Positions 60,108-64,000 of a stretch of DNA of 64,000 nt are shown here, piece by piece. The position numbers were made by a program, and so were the translations under genes. The notes beneath the pieces are model-generated. The model was not told where the DNA came from. It ran no database searches and was given only the letters and a program-made list of their open reading frames with translations. The DNA is taken from NCBI GenBank assembly GCA_965263355.1, contig CBDHHL010000056.1, positions 768,001 through 832,000 of the forward strand. Reading direction: 5' to 3'. This DNA comes from Leptolyngbyaceae cyanobacterium. Lineage in GTDB: Bacteria; Cyanobacteriota; Cyanobacteriia; Phormidesmidales; Phormidesmidaceae. Position 1 is the stretch's first letter. Each line of letters begins with the position of its first letter.

Positions 60108-61592
60108 TTAAAAACGTTCCGCATTCTTAAAAGCGATTGTTTGGGCCATCGCGCCTTCACCACAGGTTTTGGGGGAGGGGAATAGTTTAGTGGGATTGGC
60201 GAGCCCTTGGGTATTAATAGCTTGGCGGACCCATTGCATGGTTGCCAGGTCTATTGGGGTAAACATTTGGGGCATATAGCAGCGTTTGTCTGCACCGATA
60301 CCGTGCTCACCAGAGATGCTGCCGCCCGCTTCGACACAGAGTTTAAGGATTTCTCCACCCAAGGTTTCTACGGTTTCAAGCTGACCTGGGATAGCATTGT
60401 TATACAAAATTAAAGGATGTAAATTGCCGTCACCTGCATGGAAAACGTTGGCAACGTTATATCCATACTGTTTACTCAGGGCCTCGATTTCGTTGAGCAC
60501 ATGGGGGAGTTGGGCTCTGGGTATGACACCATCTTGAACATAATAGTCGGGGCTTAGTTTACCCATGGCTGCAAAGGCGGCTTTACGGCCTTTCCACAGA
60601 CGTAGGCGGTCGTCAGGGGTGGTTGCGATCGCAACCGTCCTTGCCCCATTTCCCTTAACAATGTCGCTAATCTTTTCGGCACTGGCCGCCACAGCCGCTG
60701 GGGAGCCATCCACCTCAACCAGCAAAATCGCTGTGGCATCACGGGGATAGCAATCTAGGGCAACGACTTCTTCTACAGCGTTGATACTAAAGTTATCCAT
60801 CATTTCCATCCCAGCTGGAATGATTCCGGCGCTAATAATATCAGAAACACTTTTTCCAGCGGCTTCGACGCTATTAAAATCCGCCAGCAGCGTTTGGACA
60901 CTCTCCGGAGACTTAAGAATACGTAGGGTAATCTCCGTGGCAATCCCTAGGGTGCCTTCCGAACCGACAAAAATGCCAGTGAGGTCATAACCAGGTATTT
61001 CTGGCCCATCGCCAACATCAACAATGTCGCCGCTGGGCAATACCAGCTTTAGGCCCAAGACATGGTTGGTGGTCACACCGTATTTAAGACAATGCACCCC
61101 ACCAGAATTTTCGGCAATATTGCCACCAATAGAACAGACAGATTGGCTAGACGGATCGGGGGCATAGTAAAACCCAGCTCCGCTCACGGCCTGGGTAACC
61201 CAATTGTTGATTACACCAGGTTGGACTACCACACGCTGGTTATCGTAGTCGATGTCTAGAATTTGCCGCATGCAGGCGGTGACAATTAGTACGCTATCTT
61301 CAATGGGTAAGGCCCCGCCGGATAGGCCGGTGCCAGCACCGCGAGTAACAAAGGGAATGCGGTTGCGATCGCACACCTTAACAACCGCTGCCACTTCTTC
61401 GGTAGTTTTGGGCAGAACTACAACGGCAGGTCGTTGACGGTAGCTGGTCAAACCATCACACTCATAAACCAGAAGTTCTTCTTTACGGCGCACGACCTGA
61501 TCATCGCTGAGCAGCTTGACAAACTCCTGAACAATTGGTTGCCAGTCTCTTTTCTCAGCCGCTGCCTCTTGTAGTGCTACCCCAGAAGTCAT
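60108..61592 (-). CDS. glcD: Glycolate oxidase/dehydrogenase FAD subunit
   Basis: RGAGTGLSGG, PDPSS, ENSGG.HCLKYGVT, GSEGTLG, HAGDGNLHP, SGEHGIG. Confidence 0.92.
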   Translation of the reverse strand: MTSGVALQEAAAEKRDWQPIVQEFVKLLSDDQVVRRKEELLVYECDGLTSYRQRPAVVVLPKTTEEVAAVVKVCDRNRIPFVTRGAGTGLSGGALPIEDSVLIVTACMRQILDIDYDNQRVVVQPGVINNWVTQAVSGAGFYYAPDPSSQSVCSIGGNIAENSGGVHCLKYGVTTNHVLGLKLVLPSGDIVDVGDGPEIPGYDLTGIFVGSEGTLGIATEITLRILKSPESVQTLLADFNSVEAAGKSVSDIISAGIIPAGMEMMDNFSINAVEEVVALDCYPRDATAILLVEVDGSPAAVAASAEKISDIVKGNGARTVAIATTPDDRLRLWKGRKAAFAAMGKLSPDYYVQDGVIPRAQLPHVLNEIEALSKQYGYNVANVFHAGDGNLHPLILYNNAIPGQLETVETLGGEILKLCVEAGGSISGEHGIGADKRCYMPQMFTPIDLATMQWVRQAINTQGLANPTKLFPSPKTCGEGAMAQTIAFKNAERF

Positions 61593-61648
61593 TGCTTGTT
61601 GCCAATAGTATTAGAGCTGTCTTGATCCTAACGCTATTAGTGAAGGAT

Positions 61649-61690
61649 TAGGGGCATAGATAAGGGGCATTACATGCAATGCCCCCACGA
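61649..61690. repeat. REP-like palindrome (aggggcattacatgcaatgcccc)
   Basis: Third copy of the GGGGCATT.CATG.AA.GCCCC family, preceded by a half-copy taggggcat. Confidence 0.7.
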
Positions 61691-61696
61691 TAATCC

Positions 61697-64000
61697 CTAG
61701 ACCAACTTCTCACCGTGGAGCATTTTGTTGGCAGCATCCAGCAACGCTTCCTCTAAATAGGGTTTAGTAAAGTAACCGCTAGCTCCCAAATCTACCGCCA
61801 TCTGACGATGACGATCAGCTCCACGGGATGTAAGCATCGCAATGGGAATTTGTTGTAATCCACCATCCTTTTGCAACCGTGATAGCAGTTCTAGACCATC
61901 CATACGGGGCATTTCAATGTCACAGAAGACGAGGTCACAGGGTAAGCCGGAACGCAATTTTTCCCAGGCTTCCTGGCCATCACGAGCTTGTTCAACCCGA
62001 TAACCGACCTTATTAAAGCTCATGGACAACAGCTCACGCACCGTAATGGAATCATCCACAATTAATACAGTTGGTTCTGACTTCACTTTGACCGGTGGTT
62101 CTTCCGGTGGCGCTTCTTCCGATTGAGCCCACAGGGCAGCATTGGGTTCACGACGTACACGTCCCATGGCTAAGTCTATTAGCTCTAACACATCGGCAAT
62201 GGGCATAACACGACCATCCCCTAGAACGGTTGCACCAGCAATGCCAGTAGGTTTGGGAACTGGGCCTTCTAGTTGCTTGATCACAATCTCCTGCTCGCCC
62301 ATCACTTGATCAACTTCCAAAGCAATAAAGCTATTAGCACTACGCAGGACCACAATGGAAATCATATTCTCATCTTGATTACCACCATAGACTCGACCGC
62401 GCCCTAGGGTACGGTTAAAGGACAGCAAATCAGATAGGTTTTGGAAGGGTAGCAACGTGTCCCGCCAGAGAATACAATCTTGCCCCTGGTCATTGCGCTG
62501 GACTCGTTCCCGTGACACATCAAACATATCCTCTACACCATCCATTGGGAAGGCAATGCGGGCCTGATTGCTAATACAGCTAAGGGCCTTAGAAATACTC
62601 AGAGTCAGGGGCAAACGAATAGTAAAGTTGGTGCCACGCCCTAATTCAGAATCGATAGTGATATTACCGCGAATATCAGCTAAAGATGTGCGTACCACAT
62701 CCATGCCAAATCCCCTACCAGCAAAGTCGTCAGCCTGATCTCGGGTACTAAATCCAGGATGAAACAATAGATCATATACATCTAAGACCGTCATTGCTTG
62801 GACATCTGCCTGAGAAATTAACCCTTTTTCCATGGCCTTCCGTTTGACGACATCGGGATCAATTCCAGCCCCATCATCACCAACAGAAATGACGGTTTGA
62901 TTACCCTGATAAAATGCGCGTACCGTAATCAGTCCTTCCGGGGCCTTGCCAGCCCTGCGACGTTCTTCAGGGGTCTCTACCCCATGGGTAATGGCATTAT
63001 TCACCAAGTGGGTCATAGGATCATAAAGTTGCTCCAGGATCATTTTGTCAATCAGAATATCTCGGCCTTCTACTGCCAGCCGAGCTTCCTTACCACACTT
63101 AAGCGAGATATCTCGAACGGCCCGAGGCAAGCGGGATGCGGTTTGGGCAAACGGCACCATGCGAGCCTTATTTAAGCCTTCTTGCAGCTGATTTGTTACT
63201 TGTCTAAATTGACGAGTGACTTGGTCTGATGATTCGACTGTATAGGCAATGTCAGAGGCTGACTCACGGACACGCACAATCAGCTCAATCATTTCCTGGG
63301 ATAGGGTGTGGAATCCGGTGAATCGGTCCATTTCTAAGGCGTCAAAAGACTCACCGGTAGCATGATCCTCTATGTCGGTTCTTTCGACAGCAGCATTTGC
63401 AGAGGTCATTTGATAAGACTGACGGCTAGAAATTAAAGAGCTTTCGAGAAGCGAGCGTTCATAGAGATCACGCATGCGCTGCCCAACATCATTAAGTTGT
63501 TGCACCTGGAACAGTAGGTTGTCTAAAAACTGACGTAAACGTTCTTGATCCTGTTCTAGGGTGTTTCGATTAACTACCAGTTCCCCAACTAAATTACTCA
63601 GATTATCTAAATGATTAACCGATACGCGCATAGTTTGATCGGTCATTATTCGACGGGGCGATAACCGATTAGTCGTAGGCCGATACAATGTGGAACTGCT
63701 AGCTGCTGTGGGGGCTAGGGTTTGATCAGTATCCTGCAATAAGGCTTCAAGATCACCAAATTCGTCATCTATGTCAGATGTGGATAATAATGCCTCAGGA
63801 GCTGGGCTTAAGGAAGGCTCTGGACTTTCGATGAGGGCTTCCAGCTCACTAAATTCGTCGCTGTTGTCAGGAGCAGAATCTGTAGGCTCAACAACTTGTT
63901 CGGACTTCTGAGGTGGTTCTGAGAGTAAGGAGTCCAATGCTTCCAGGTCTAGCGAATCCGATGCTTGATTTTCAGCTGGATCAAAGAAATCTTCAACAGT
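61697..64000 (-). CDS. CheA-type hybrid histidine kinase/response regulator (PilL-like), 5'-partial
   Basis: RVSV..LD.L.NLVGELVV, HLVNNAITHG, DDGAG, GFST, GRG.GMDVV, RLPLTL, CheW domain, receiver domain (VDDS, DIEMP). Frame stays open to the window end. Confidence 0.92.
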   Translation of the reverse strand, partial: TVEDFFDPAENQASDSLDLEALDSLLSEPPQKSEQVVEPTDSAPDNSDEFSELEALIESPEPSLSPAPEALLSTSDIDDEFGDLEALLQDTDQTLAPTAASSSTLYRPTTNRLSPRRIMTDQTMRVSVNHLDNLSNLVGELVVNRNTLEQDQERLRQFLDNLLFQVQQLNDVGQRMRDLYERSLLESSLISSRQSYQMTSANAAVERTDIEDHATGESFDALEMDRFTGFHTLSQEMIELIVRVRESASDIAYTVESSDQVTRQFRQVTNQLQEGLNKARMVPFAQTASRLPRAVRDISLKCGKEARLAVEGRDILIDKMILEQLYDPMTHLVNNAITHGVETPEERRRAGKAPEGLITVRAFYQGNQTVISVGDDGAGIDPDVVKRKAMEKGLISQADVQAMTVLDVYDLLFHPGFSTRDQADDFAGRGFGMDVVRTSLADIRGNITIDSELGRGTNFTIRLPLTLSISKALSCISNQARIAFPMDGVEDMFDVSRERVQRNDQGQDCILWRDTLLPFQNLSDLLSFNRTLGRGRVYGGNQDENMISIVVLRSANSFIALEVDQVMGEQEIVIKQLEGPVPKPTGIAGATVLGDGRVMPIADVLELIDLAMGRVRREPNAALWAQSEEAPPEEPPVKVKSEPTVLIVDDSITVRELLSMSFNKVGYRVEQARDGQEAWEKLRSGLPCDLVFCDIEMPRMDGLELLSRLQKDGGLQQIPIAMLTSRGADRHRQMAVDLGASGYFTKPYLEEALLDAANKMLHGEKLV

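Noticed and set aside
1755..63175. Numerous 60-120 aa ORFs overlapping longer genes
   Set aside because: Shadow or antisense frames of well-supported CDSs, with no recognisable motifs.

Overview
Cyanobacterial chromosomal window, based on ndhS, psb29, a CRR6-family gene, PAM68, a HetZ-related gene and frequent HIP1 (GCGATCGC) octamers. It has three parts. (1) Bases 1-6600 are a decaying accessory edge. They hold a type I R-M specificity half-gene starting at the conserved LEMFGDP motif, an IS200/RAYT-type HUH transposase with hairpins and repeats, and several remnants (pRiA4b ORF3, AAA ATPase, IS701-like transposase, histidine kinase, ChrR-like cupin). (2) Bases 6.7-37.7 kb are mostly conserved core genes, including a block of four GT-C-like membrane glycosyltransferases and a PilB-like gene lacking the ATPase domain. 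(3) Bases 37.8-59.8 kb are a ~20 kb glycan locus. It encodes a Wzm/Wzt exporter, a complete pseudaminic-acid pathway with added methylase, formyltransferase and deacetylase, a KpsS-like candidate Pse transferase, GT2/GT4/GT26 enzymes, an initiating phosphoglycosyltransferase and an O-antigen-ligase/O-OTase-TPR protein. The locus converges on a type IV pilin and its accessory gene, followed by glcD and a CheA-type hybrid kinase. The most interesting hypothesis is a lipid-linked, ABC-exported pilin O-glycosylation system using N-formyl-pseudaminic acid. All product calls come from motif recognition by eye; no database searches were run.
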